38,790 nt of DNA from Myxococcota bacterium (GCA_049322255.1 JBMORE010000010.1:1-38790), one strand, 5' to 3'. Numbered from the stretch's first letter, positions 29,524-38,495 are shown. Made by a program: numbers and translations. Notes: generated by a model from the sequence alone, not told the origin.

Positions 29524-31230
29524 ATGGCGGCGCTTTTGTTGCTCACCGGCCCTTGCGCGGGGTTGCGCTACGAGGTGAAGGGGGAGGCGACCCTCGGGCG
29601 GTCTCCTTCGTGCGAAGTCCCCCTGGAGGACGGCAAGGTTTCGCGCCGCCACGCGAAGATTTCGCTCATTGACGGGCAGGCGCACGTCAGCGACTTGGGC
29701 TCGCGCAACGGGACGATCGTCAACGGCGAGAAGATCGAGGGCGAGGCGGTTTTGCTCCCCGGCGATCGCCTGCAGATCGGCGATTCGACCATCGTCTTCG
29801 AGCCGCCGGTGAAGGCCTCGCTCGCCGACCGCGAAGCGGGCGAGGTGAAGAGCGTGCTGGTGGAGGAGGTGCTCCCCGCGGTGGGGCCCGAGGCGGCGCT
29901 CTACTCGGCGGGCAGCGCGCTCTTGGCGGCCACCAGCGAGGCGATGGTCTTGCGGCGCGCGGCGGAGGAGCTCGCACGATTCGCCAACGCCGAGCGCGCG
30001 GCGGCCCTCCTGGGTGGCAGCGAGGGCCTCTTCACCGCGGCGGTGGTCGGCGGCGACGGCGTCGAGCTGGCGCGCTCGCTGGTGCGCGCGGCGATGGAGC
30101 GCAAGGAGACGAGCATCGCCGGCGGCACCCTGTGCGCGCCGCTCACCGCCTCCGGGGGCATGCCCTTCGGGGTGCTCTACGCGCAGCGCCCCGAGCCCTT
30201 TGGCGAGCAAGAGCAACGTCTGGCCGGCGCCCTGGGCCGCCTCGCGGGAGAGGCCTTCGCGGCGGTGCGAAGCCGCAGCGAGCCCGGGCGGTCACCGGTC
30301 GTCCTGGTGGGTGGCTCGCGGCAGTTTCGTAAGACGGTCGAGCAGGCGCGCAGAGCGGCGGCGGCGAGTGACCCCGTGGTGCTCTTCGGCGAAAGCGGCA
30401 GCGGGAAGACCTTGGCGGCCGAGTACATTCATGCGCGCTCGTCGAGGGCCTTGGGGCCGTGGGTGGTGGTGGACTGCCGGCAAAGCCCGGTGGCAGTGGA
30501 CGAGGCGCTCTTCGGCCGCCCGAGCGCTCCTGGTGTGCCCCCTTTGTCGGCGGCCCTCTTGCGCGCCGACGGCGGAACGCTGCTCTTACAGCACCTCGAG
30601 GGCCTGCAGCGGCACTCGGCCGAGCGGTTGGCGCGGCATTTGACGCGCAAGCTGGCCCCAGCGCTGCGGGGCGGCGAGGAGCCGGTAGACGTGCGCATCA
30701 TCGCCACCTCCTCGAAGAAGGAGCTCGCCCCCGAGCTGGCTGAGGCGCTGGCGGGGATCGAAGTCGAGCTGTTGCCCTTACGCGAACGGCGCACCGACGT
30801 GTTGGCCTTGTTCGACACGTTCACCTCCCAAGTGGCACGGGTCAGGCGCAAGGAGCCTCCCACGCTCTCGCCCGACGCCAAACGGCTCTTGAGTGATTAC
30901 GCCTGGCCGGGAAACGTGCGAGAGCTTCGGCTGGTGGCCGAGCACTTGGCGTTGCTCTTCGCCGGCGTCGAAGTGTCCGCGCTCATGTTGCCCCCCGTGG
31001 TGCAGGAGGGCGCCGAGGCGGGGAAGATGCACACCCTGCACCAGCGTGTCGCCCGCTTGGAGCGTGACGCGATCTCCGAGGCGCTGCGCGAGGCAGGCGG
31101 AAAGAAGATTCAAGCAGCGGCCATCTTGGGTATCAGCCGGCCCACCCTGGACAAGAAGATCGAGGACTATCAGCTGGTGGTGGAGAAGACCCGTGGAGCC
31201 CCCTCTCCCTCTGGGAGAGGGTCGGGGTGA
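29524..31230 (+). CDS. FHA-GAF-like-AAA+(sigma54-type, degenerate)-Fis HTH regulator
   Basis: ATG 29524; FHA motifs LGRS, VSRRHA, DLGSRNGT; Walker A GESGSGKT; WPGNVREL; HTH AAAILGISRPTLDKKI. Confidence 0.9.
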   Translation: MAALLLLTGPCAGLRYEVKGEATLGRSPSCEVPLEDGKVSRRHAKISLIDGQAHVSDLGSRNGTIVNGEKIEGEAVLLPGDRLQIGDSTIVFEPPVKASLADREAGEVKSVLVEEVLPAVGPEAALYSAGSALLAATSEAMVLRRAAEELARFANAERAAALLGGSEGLFTAAVVGGDGVELARSLVRAAMERKETSIAGGTLCAPLTASGGMPFGVLYAQRPEPFGEQEQRLAGALGRLAGEAFAAVRSRSEPGRSPVVLVGGSRQFRKTVEQARRAAAASDPVVLFGESGSGKTLAAEYIHARSSRALGPWVVVDCRQSPVAVDEALFGRPSAPGVPPLSAALLRADGGTLLLQHLEGLQRHSAERLARHLTRKLAPALRGGEEPVDVRIIATSSKKELAPELAEALAGIEVELLPLRERRTDVLALFDTFTSQVARVRRKEPPTLSPDAKRLLSDYAWPGNVRELRLVAEHLALLFAGVEVSALMLPPVVQEGAEAGKMHTLHQRVARLERDAISEALREAGGKKIQAAAILGISRPTLDKKIEDYQLVVEKTRGAPSPSGRGSG

Positions 31231-31234
31231 GGGG
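31201..31234 (+). repeat. boxC/REP-like palindromic repeat, copy 2 (overlaps two CDSs)
   Basis: CCCTCTCCC-TCT-GGGAGAGGG-TCGGGGTGAGGGG; 30/34 identical to copy 1, same orientation. Confidence 0.85.
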
Positions 31235-32210
31235 CGTGACTTTCACCTACTCCAAAGAAGTCTCCATCGCCTTACGCCAACGCACCCCGCTGGTCGCCCT
31301 GGAAACGAGCGTCATCGCCCAGGGGTTGCCGTATCCGCGCAACGTCGAAGCAGCCAACGCCTGCGAAGCTGCGGTGCGTGCGCGGGGAGCGGTGCCCGCC
31401 TCGATCGCCGTGCTCGACGGGAAGGTACACATCGGGCTCTCGGGCGCCGACCTCGAGCGGTTGGGGAAAGGGGCCGAGCCTCTGATGAAGGTCGCCTCCC
31501 GGGACCTCGCGGGGGCGATCACCAGCGCGCGCAGCGGCGGCACCACGGTGAGCGCGGCGGTGGAGCTGGCGGCGATGGCGAAGATTCCCGTGTTCGCCAC
31601 CGGAGGCATCGGCGGTGTTCACCGAGGTGAGGAGCTCGACATCTCCCAGGATCTCTTGGCCCTCTCCCGCTTCCCCGTGGCGGTGGTCTGCGCGGGAGCG
31701 AAGACAGTGCTCGATTTGCCGCGCACCCTCGAGGCGCTCGAAGCGCTCGGAGTGCCCGTGATCGGCATCGACACGCGCGACTTCCCCGGCTTCTACACCC
31801 GCGCCACCGGCCTTCCGCTCGAGCACCACGTCGAGAACGCCGCCCAGGCCGCGGAGTGGATGCGCGTGCGCTTCGGCCAGCTGCGGCAGGGAGGAATGGT
31901 CTTCGCGCTGCCGCCGCCGGCACAGACCGCGCTGCCCGCTCCCGAGGTCGAGCTGCACATCGCACAAGCGTTGGCCGCGGCGAAGGCGGCGGGCATTCGG
32001 GGCAAAGCGCTGACCCCCTTCTTGCTCAACGCGATGGTGGAGCGCTCCCAGGGGCGAAGTCTGGCGGCGAACGTGGCGCTCCTGGTGAACAACGCGCAGT
32101 TCGCCGCGCACCTCGCGGTGGCCTATGCGGGACGTGGAGCACACGGGCGTCGGCGGAGCGCCAAAAAGGTCAAAAGCCCACGCCGGTCGGCGAAGCGGCG
32201 GGGGCGGTGA
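31227..32210 (+). CDS. psuG: Pseudouridine-5'-phosphate glycosidase (IndA/PsuG family)
   Basis: VALETSVIAQGLPYP, KVASRDL, TTVSA, FATGGIGGVHRG, VCAGAK, TPFLL, NVALLVNNA. Start is GTG 31227 or 31236. Confidence 0.93.
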   Translation: MRGVTFTYSKEVSIALRQRTPLVALETSVIAQGLPYPRNVEAANACEAAVRARGAVPASIAVLDGKVHIGLSGADLERLGKGAEPLMKVASRDLAGAITSARSGGTTVSAAVELAAMAKIPVFATGGIGGVHRGEELDISQDLLALSRFPVAVVCAGAKTVLDLPRTLEALEALGVPVIGIDTRDFPGFYTRATGLPLEHHVENAAQAAEWMRVRFGQLRQGGMVFALPPPAQTALPAPEVELHIAQALAAAKAAGIRGKALTPFLLNAMVERSQGRSLAANVALLVNNAQFAAHLAVAYAGRGAHGRRRSAKKVKSPRRSAKRRGR

Positions 32211-32255
32211 GCGGCGAAGAGTATTTTTAGAATGCCCAACCCACGCGAAGGAGGT

Positions 32256-32355
32256 NNNNNNNNNNNNNNNNNNNNNNNNNNNNNNNNNNNNNNNNNNNNN
32301 NNNNNNNNNNNNNNNNNNNNNNNNNNNNNNNNNNNNNNNNNNNNNNNNNNNNNNN
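32256..32355. other. Assembly gap (100 N; true size unknown)
   Basis: Run of exactly 100 N. Confidence 1.
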
Positions 32356-32630
32356 CGCAGCTCATCGGCGCCGGTGCCGGACGGCAGGCGGCGCAAGCGC
32401 AGCGCAGCCACCTCGAAGGCGGCGCTCCACCCATCGCGCTCCGGAAACGCCCACTGCCCGCCCAGCGGCAAATAGACGGCGTCGTAGCCGTTGAGCGGAG
32501 AAACCCCCATCACCAGCGCGGCGCTCGTGGGCTGAATCCAGAGTGCTCCGGTGGGCTCTCCGGCCAACGCCAGCCCGGAGACGAGCACACCGGCGGCGGC
32601 GAACAGAGCGCCCATCCTTGACGTCTTCAA
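32356..32630 (-). CDS. Hypothetical secreted protein, 5' part (truncated by the gap)
   Basis: Start is TTG 32630 (overlapping the slt stop) or ATG 32615; signal-peptide-like ALFAAAGVLVSGLALA; open to the gap. Confidence 0.6.
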
Positions 32631-34822
32631 AAGCTCACCCCGGTCGCCAACGGGGCGGGGACGGTGAGCGACAGCCGTGATGGAGGGGCCTTCCCTCCGT
32701 AGAGCGAGCGGTACACGTCATAGTCAGCCATCACCTGCTTCACGTAGGCGCGGGTTTCCTTGTACGGAATCTCTTCCACCCACAGGTCGAGCGGCAAGGA
32801 GCCCTTCTCGGTCGCCCAGCGCACCACCGCCTGGGGCCCGGCGTTGTACGCCGCCGCCGACAGTGCCGGGTGCCCGAAGCGCCGAAGCAGCGCCGAGAGG
32901 TACCAGCTGGCCATGGTGATGTTCAGCTCCGGCGAGAACAGCTCGTCGGGGTTGGGCAGAGGCAGCGAAAGCTCTTGGGCGATGGCCTTCGCGGTGGGAG
33001 GAATGAGCTGCATCAGCCCCCGGGCGTCGGCGGCGCTGGCCACCTCGGGACGAAACGCGCTCTCGCGACGCATGATCGCCCAGGTGAAGTAGGGGTCGAG
33101 CGACTGCTCCTTGGCCGCGCGCTCCACGCTCTGGCGGAACGCGAGCGGGTACATCAAGGCCAGCGCCTCGGGTTGGCGCTCGCCGTAGGCCGCTGCCCAG
33201 AGATGGCGGGCGGCGAGCGCGTGGGCGTGGCCGAACTCTCCTAAGGACTGCAAGGCATGGCCCAGCTCCAGCGCCTTCCTGGCGGTACGCGCGGTGGCCA
33301 GACGGTTTTTCACCTCTTCGCCCGCGTCTCGGAAAAGGCCCGCCTTGGCCAGGGCCAGCGCCAGCTCGAGCTCTTTGGGGACGGCGACCTCGAGCGCTTT
33401 CGGAGGCGGGAAGACCTCCACCACCTCCCGGCCCAGCTCCCGCAGCCGCTCCGTGGCCAGCACGGCGTAGAAGGTGCCGGGGAAGAGGGTACGGACGCGC
33501 TGGTAGCCCTCGATGACCGGGGTGGGGTCGGCTCCCGTCGAGCCTGCGGGCATTCGAAGGTGGTTGCTCCGAGCAATCCAGTATTGGGCCTGGGGCACGA
33601 GGGAGGAGCGGGGGAAGCGGGCCACGAGCCCGGTGAGCGCCAAGTCGGCGTCGGCGAAGCGGCCCAGGCGGATGGAGGCCAGCGCGCGGTACCACATCGC
33701 CTCGTCGAGCTTGCGCGACCGGGGGTAGCGCTCTTCATAGGAGGCGAAGGCCTTGACCGCGTCCGTGAGCTGTCCTCCTTGCAGGTCCAGCCAGCCCACC
33801 AGGAACGCAGCGTCGAGGGCGGCAGGCTCCTTGGGGTACTTGCGATCGATCTGGGTCATCGCCTCACGCGCTTTTCGGTTCTCGTCCGCGCGCATGAGCC
33901 GGCGCGCGCGCAGCATCGCCGCCTCCGCAGCCACCGAGGCTGGGCCCGTGAGCGCCCGATCGAGCGCGTTTTCTGCCTCCTCGTTCGAACCCGCGGCGAA
34001 GAGCACCGATGCGCGGGACAGCGACAGCCGAGCCCGCGCGGTGGCCCCCTTGGCCAGCTTCTCGGCTTGGTCCAACTCGAAGAGCGCCGCGGCGAAATCT
34101 TTCGCCTCCAAAAGCCCGGAGGCGCGCAGGAGACGTTCTTGAAAAGTGAAGGGATACGGCCGGCCCTTGTTGCGAACCTTCAGCCACATCAGGGCTTCCG
34201 CCGCGTACGGATGGCCAGGGAAGCGCAAGGCGAGGGTGAGCAGATCGGCCTTGTGCCCATCCAGGTTTCCCAGCCTGCGCCGCGCGAGCGAGCGCTGGTG
34301 GAACAGCTCGGGGGTGCCGATCGCCAGTGCCGCCTTTTCCAGTAGCGGGCCGGCCTGCGCGATTTCGCCCGCGGCAAAGAGAGCCTCTGCATGGCGCGCG
34401 AGCACCTTGGTGGACAGCCAAGCGGGAGCGTTCTTGGCCACCCGCTCGAAGCTCTTCGCCGCGGCCTCGTAGTCGCCCCGGTAGAACTGTGTCTCCCCCA
34501 AGTAGAACGCGTGGAAGGCCGCCAGCTGGGGTGGAGCGGCGCCGTCCAGCGCCTTCGACGCAAGGTCGGTGTTGCCCTCGCTGAGGGCGAGGTAACCCAC
34601 GAGCAACGCCAAGTGTCGCTCACGCGCGCAGGGTTTCTCGGCGCCGGCCGAGCTTTTCGCTGCGCGGCAGCTCTCCCATTCTGCTTGGGCTCGGTTGAGC
34701 GCGTCGGTGCGGTGCAAGCGCACCGTCTCCAGCGTCGCGTTCGACTGCGCCAACGCCGTGCTCGCGGCCAACCCCAGCGTCAGCAAAGTGCAGCAGGTTT
34801 GACTTTTTCCTGAAGAGCACAC
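32627..34822 (-). CDS. Soluble lytic murein transglycosylase (Slt70-like, TPR plus SLT domain)
   Basis: AIMRRESAF (catalytic Glu), ARGLMQL, AAYNAG, ETRAYV; signal peptide ending ALA-Q. Exact start uncertain. Confidence 0.93.
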   Translation of the reverse strand: MCSSGKSQTCCTLLTLGLAASTALAQSNATLETVRLHRTDALNRAQAEWESCRAAKSSAGAEKPCARERHLALLVGYLALSEGNTDLASKALDGAAPPQLAAFHAFYLGETQFYRGDYEAAAKSFERVAKNAPAWLSTKVLARHAEALFAAGEIAQAGPLLEKAALAIGTPELFHQRSLARRRLGNLDGHKADLLTLALRFPGHPYAAEALMWLKVRNKGRPYPFTFQERLLRASGLLEAKDFAAALFELDQAEKLAKGATARARLSLSRASVLFAAGSNEEAENALDRALTGPASVAAEAAMLRARRLMRADENRKAREAMTQIDRKYPKEPAALDAAFLVGWLDLQGGQLTDAVKAFASYEERYPRSRKLDEAMWYRALASIRLGRFADADLALTGLVARFPRSSLVPQAQYWIARSNHLRMPAGSTGADPTPVIEGYQRVRTLFPGTFYAVLATERLRELGREVVEVFPPPKALEVAVPKELELALALAKAGLFRDAGEEVKNRLATARTARKALELGHALQSLGEFGHAHALAARHLWAAAYGERQPEALALMYPLAFRQSVERAAKEQSLDPYFTWAIMRRESAFRPEVASAADARGLMQLIPPTAKAIAQELSLPLPNPDELFSPELNITMASWYLSALLRRFGHPALSAAAYNAGPQAVVRWATEKGSLPLDLWVEEIPYKETRAYVKQVMADYDVYRSLYGGKAPPSRLSLTVPAPLATGVSF

Positions 34823-34920
34823 TAAACGAGCGCCCGCATTCGAGGGGGAGCACTGCCAACGATAGAGGTGACAGGGGACATTGGAGCCGGGGGGTAGTTG
34901 AACCGACTGGGAGGGTATCC

Positions 34921-35154
34921 ATGAAGCCGTTTCCGACCGACTTGCCGCAGACCATCAACCCGGAGGCCGGGCCCAAGCGCGCCGGCGTGGAAACGCACCG
35001 GAACCTGAATTGCCATCACTACGACAACTGCCTCGATGAGGCGGTGCGGCGGGGGTGGCAGAGCTTCACGTGTGCGAAGTGCCCGCTGAACGCGTTGGCC
35101 ACGGCTCCGCAGATGGGCATCGAAGCGTACGCGACGCAGCGTCGCGCCATCTGA
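34921..35154 (+). CDS. Small Cys-rich hypothetical protein (putative metal-binding)
   Basis: Strong SD GGGAGG; CHHYDNC...WQSFTCAKC; GC3-biased codons; fills the intergenic space exactly. Confidence 0.8.
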   Translation: MKPFPTDLPQTINPEAGPKRAGVETHRNLNCHHYDNCLDEAVRRGWQSFTCAKCPLNALATAPQMGIEAYATQRRAI

Positions 35155-35165
35155 GAGCGGCTGCC

Positions 35166-36932
35166 TCATGCGGCGAGGGTCACCACGCCGCGTCGAAGCA
35201 AATCGCGCAGCGTCTCCTCGATCTCCACCGGTGAGCCGTCGATGCGGGAGATCACCTCCCGCGGGGCGAGGCCCTCCTCACACATCAGCCGGGCTGCCTC
35301 GAGCTGCTGCTTGGGGCCGACCTGGGTGTAGACGGCGTAGAGCTCCTTGTTCACCGCGATGTGCTCGGCGCCTACCAAAAGTCCCTCACGCAGCCGTCGC
35401 TCGTTCTCGTTGAGCAGCGCGCAGGCGCGACTGAGCAGCTCGCCGACAGGGCGGGGGGGCGCCACCGGCGACGGAGGCGCTTCGAAGAGGAAGCGCCCCT
35501 CGGCCCCTTTCGAGGCCACGAAGGCGTTGAAGGCGCGCTCGCCCTCTGCGGTGTACCCACCTGCCTGCGCCGTCGCCTGTCCCATCGCGCCCTGGGTGAA
35601 GACGAGCTGGTAGCGAGCCCAGCTGTCCTTCGCCTCGAGGCGGCCGGAGAGCCGGTGGGCCTCGATTTCCGTCAGCAGCCACTGGGGGCCCACGGCGCCG
35701 ACCAAGAGCTTTACCTCCGTCGTGCCGCGCTGGGCGAGGTTTGCGCGCGCAGACAGCCGTGGTCTGACCAGCTCGCGGACTTGGTCGACGAGCGTCTCCA
35801 GGCGGGTGCCCTTGGAGAAGTAGGCCTGCGCCCCGGCGTTTTGCGCCTTGAGCGCCTCGCGGTAGTCGTCGTGGCAGGAAAGAAAGGCCACCGGCAGCTC
35901 GCGGGTGAGAAAGTCTTCACGCAGGCGACGCAGCATTCCCCAGCCATCGAGGTGAGGCATGTTGAGATCGGCGATGACGGCGTCGAAGCCGCCCTTCCGT
36001 GCGGCGGCGAAGCCTTTGACCCCGTCCTGCTCGATCTGAATCGCGAAGCCGTGCTTGGCGAAGAGCCGGGCGAACATCTGGCAAAGGGTGGGGTCGTCGT
36101 CGACCAAGAGCAGGCGGGTCTTCTCGGCGGCGGGTGCTTTGCTCACCGGCGCCGACGCGCTCGGGAGGGGCTTGGCCCCTGGGTCGAGCGCGAAGTCACT
36201 CGCCTCTTCGTCATTGACCTCTTCGATGGGGACGATGACCTCGTTCGATCGGGCCTCCTCCTCGCCGAGCTCGATCACCACCCCGGTTCCGTCTCCCCCC
36301 GCCCCGCACACTTCGGAGAACGACCAGATCGCGCTCGGCTGGGCGACCATCGCGATCAGCGCTTCCACGCCCAAAAGCCCCTGAAACGAGGCCGACTTCA
36401 GCTGGCCCTTGACGAAGGCCGCTTTGCCCTCGCGGGCGGTGCGAGCGTCGAGCACTACCTCACCGGAACGCCGGGTGCGGCGCACGTGCTCGATCAAAAG
36501 GGCAAGCTGCTTGCTGTCCCCTCGCCCCAGCACCGTACCCGAGCGCGAGGGAAGCTCGGCGGCGAGGGCGAAAAGCTCGGGGATGTGCATGGACGGCTCG
36601 AAGGGTTCTTGCAGCAGCTTCACGATGCCGCTGCGTAGGCCGGAGAGGAAAGCCGCGTCGGTGACGTCCTTGCACAGCACCACGATGGGCTGGTTGGCGA
36701 ATGCGACCTCGGAGCCGAGTAGGGCAAGGACGTCGCTCACCAGTGCGGAGCGAACCTCCGCGTGGAGCAGGAGCAGATCTGGCGTCAGCCGCTGAAGGCC
36801 GGCGAGTGTTTGCCGCCGGTCGGTGATGTAGCGCAGCATCAGCCCCGCCTGGTTGACGCTCTGTGCCAGGGTCGCGGCTCGGGCGCGATCCTCGTCGACG
36901 GCCAAAATCTTGAGTGCTTCGCTTCGGTTCAC
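35166..36932 (-). CDS. Tandem (receiver-DUF4388)x2 response regulator
   Basis: N-terminal pseudo-receiver ILAVDED...LLLLH; second receiver LLLVDDD...IADLNMP..DG; two RRSGEVVL/RLSGRLEA DUF4388-like segments. Confidence 0.85.
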   Translation of the reverse strand: MNRSEALKILAVDEDRARAATLAQSVNQAGLMLRYITDRRQTLAGLQRLTPDLLLLHAEVRSALVSDVLALLGSEVAFANQPIVVLCKDVTDAAFLSGLRSGIVKLLQEPFEPSMHIPELFALAAELPSRSGTVLGRGDSKQLALLIEHVRRTRRSGEVVLDARTAREGKAAFVKGQLKSASFQGLLGVEALIAMVAQPSAIWSFSEVCGAGGDGTGVVIELGEEEARSNEVIVPIEEVNDEEASDFALDPGAKPLPSASAPVSKAPAAEKTRLLLVDDDPTLCQMFARLFAKHGFAIQIEQDGVKGFAAARKGGFDAVIADLNMPHLDGWGMLRRLREDFLTRELPVAFLSCHDDYREALKAQNAGAQAYFSKGTRLETLVDQVRELVRPRLSARANLAQRGTTEVKLLVGAVGPQWLLTEIEAHRLSGRLEAKDSWARYQLVFTQGAMGQATAQAGGYTAEGERAFNAFVASKGAEGRFLFEAPPSPVAPPRPVGELLSRACALLNENERRLREGLLVGAEHIAVNKELYAVYTQVGPKQQLEAARLMCEEGLAPREVISRIDGSPVEIEETLRDLLRRGVVTLAA

Positions 36933-36992
36933 GGCCCGGGCGCCTTTCGGTGGATCATCGGCGTTTAGAAGGCGTGCGCAAGCATCAAGAGT

Positions 36993-38495
36993 TCACGGCA
37001 GCGTGCTTTGGCGGGCGGCGTAGATGACGACCACCCAGTACTTGCCTTTGCCGTAGCGCGCCGAGTCCCCCTTCACCGCGCCGACCCCCACCCAAGCGTT
37101 ACGCGCGTCGCCCAGGTTCTTCGAGTCGGTGATCAGGGAAGGATGATCGACGAGGAAGAAGTCGACCGCGGCTGAGGCGGCGTCATCGAGCGTGGCGAAT
37201 ACCCGCTGGTGGAGCTTCTCGCCGGGAAGCTGGGTGGTGGGCTGGTCGAGCTCCAAAGCCTTGCGTGCGTGCTCGCCGGCGAGACGCTCCAGCACGGCGT
37301 TGCGCTGAAGCGGAGGCAGATGAAGCCCCGCACGCGCCCGTAAGAGCGCCTGGTAGGCATCGCCGTAGGTGTCGATGAGAGAGGGTTGAGGCGCGGCGAG
37401 AATCTCGACCAGAAGTGTCTGGTCGCATCCGGGTGCGCGGCGAACGGCGATGCCCAGGCCCAGACGCGTGTAGCCGTCCTCGAGCAAGGTCTTTCGGTGT
37501 CCCGGGCTGTGCTCGATGCCGAAGTGCGCTGCGAGCGGGCCGGCCGCCATCCCCAAGTTCTCCCCGGCGGTGCGGTACGAATAGCCGGCGTGGGTGAGGC
37601 GGCCGCGAAGGTCGGCTCCCTCGGGAGCGACGTGTCCGAAGAAGCCTTCGCGCGCCATGCGGTCGGCGTAGGCCTGGGCGATGTGATCGAGGTCTACGTC
37701 CAGGGCGACGCCGGAAAGGCCGTTGCTGTTGCGCAGGCTGTTGATGCGCGAAGCCACCTCGCGCCGCGCCGCCTCGACCGTGGGAGGCTCGAGCTGACGA
37801 ACACGTGCGTCTCTTCCTCCTTTGGCGCCGGCGTGAACGAAGGCGAGCGCCGCCACTTCGGGGCCCCGCTCGCCGTGGGCAATCACCTCGAACGTGTGGC
37901 GGCCCGCCGTGGAAAACCCCACCTGCGTACAGAAGTGCCCCGACGGTTCGGAGCTCGCCAAGAGCTTGTCCACCTTGCCCGAGGGGCGAGTGACGAATAC
38001 CTCCGGAGCGGACAGGTGCGGTGCCAGATTTCCGCAAATGGATTGGAGGTCTTTCGGCTTCACCTGCCGCGCGAAGGGCTGAAGCTCGGCCTTGCGCTCG
38101 GACAGGAGCATCACCAGCGCGGCGATGTCGCCCTTGGCCACCACTCCGACGCCGACGTGCGAGGCGGGCTCGTCGTTGAAGTCCCGCCGCTGGAGGAAGG
38201 CGTCGAGAGCCATCGGGGCTGGGGTGCCGCGCAAAAGAAAGGCGCGGGGGCTGGCGTCGGTGCCGCCGGCATCGGAGACGGCTTCGACCAGGGTGAGGAG
38301 ATCGGCCGCCTCGGACACGGAAGAAGCCAACGCCTCGGTTGCCAGCGCGCGCGCCGCCCTGGTCAGCGCCACATCGTGTTGGGGCGCCGAGCGGCCGATG
38401 CGTTCGAACTCGAGCGTGACGTGACGCAGGGCCTTTTTTTCCATCTCGCCCGGAGCCACGGCCAGCGCTGCGCAAAGCAAGAGCGACGTCGTCAT
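36993..38495 (-). CDS. Secreted CAP (SCP/PR-1) domain protein
   Basis: ATG 38495 overlaps the upstream stop; signal peptide; INSLR, FFGH, GENL, SPGHRKTLL, LGLG motifs. Confidence 0.88.
   Translation of the reverse strand: MTTSLLLCAALAVAPGEMEKKALRHVTLEFERIGRSAPQHDVALTRAARALATEALASSVSEAADLLTLVEAVSDAGGTDASPRAFLLRGTPAPMALDAFLQRRDFNDEPASHVGVGVVAKGDIAALVMLLSERKAELQPFARQVKPKDLQSICGNLAPHLSAPEVFVTRPSGKVDKLLASSEPSGHFCTQVGFSTAGRHTFEVIAHGERGPEVAALAFVHAGAKGGRDARVRQLEPPTVEAARREVASRINSLRNSNGLSGVALDVDLDHIAQAYADRMAREGFFGHVAPEGADLRGRLTHAGYSYRTAGENLGMAAGPLAAHFGIEHSPGHRKTLLEDGYTRLGLGIAVRRAPGCDQTLLVEILAAPQPSLIDTYGDAYQALLRARAGLHLPPLQRNAVLERLAGEHARKALELDQPTTQLPGEKLHQRVFATLDDAASAAVDFFLVDHPSLITDSKNLGDARNAWVGVGAVKGDSARYGKGKYWVVVIYAARQSTLP

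Noticed and set aside
23930..31234. Repeats as a CRISPR array or IS ends
   Set aside because: No regularly spaced repeat-spacer units, cas genes or transposase in the window.
32246..32255. AAGGAGGT read as the reverse complement of a 16S rRNA 3' end
   Set aside because: Only 8 nt match, and no ITS, tRNA or 23S follows on the minus strand; an SD is more plausible.
31272..32630. 452-aa ORF spanning the N gap
   Set aside because: Artefact of translating through Ns into the antisense of psuG.
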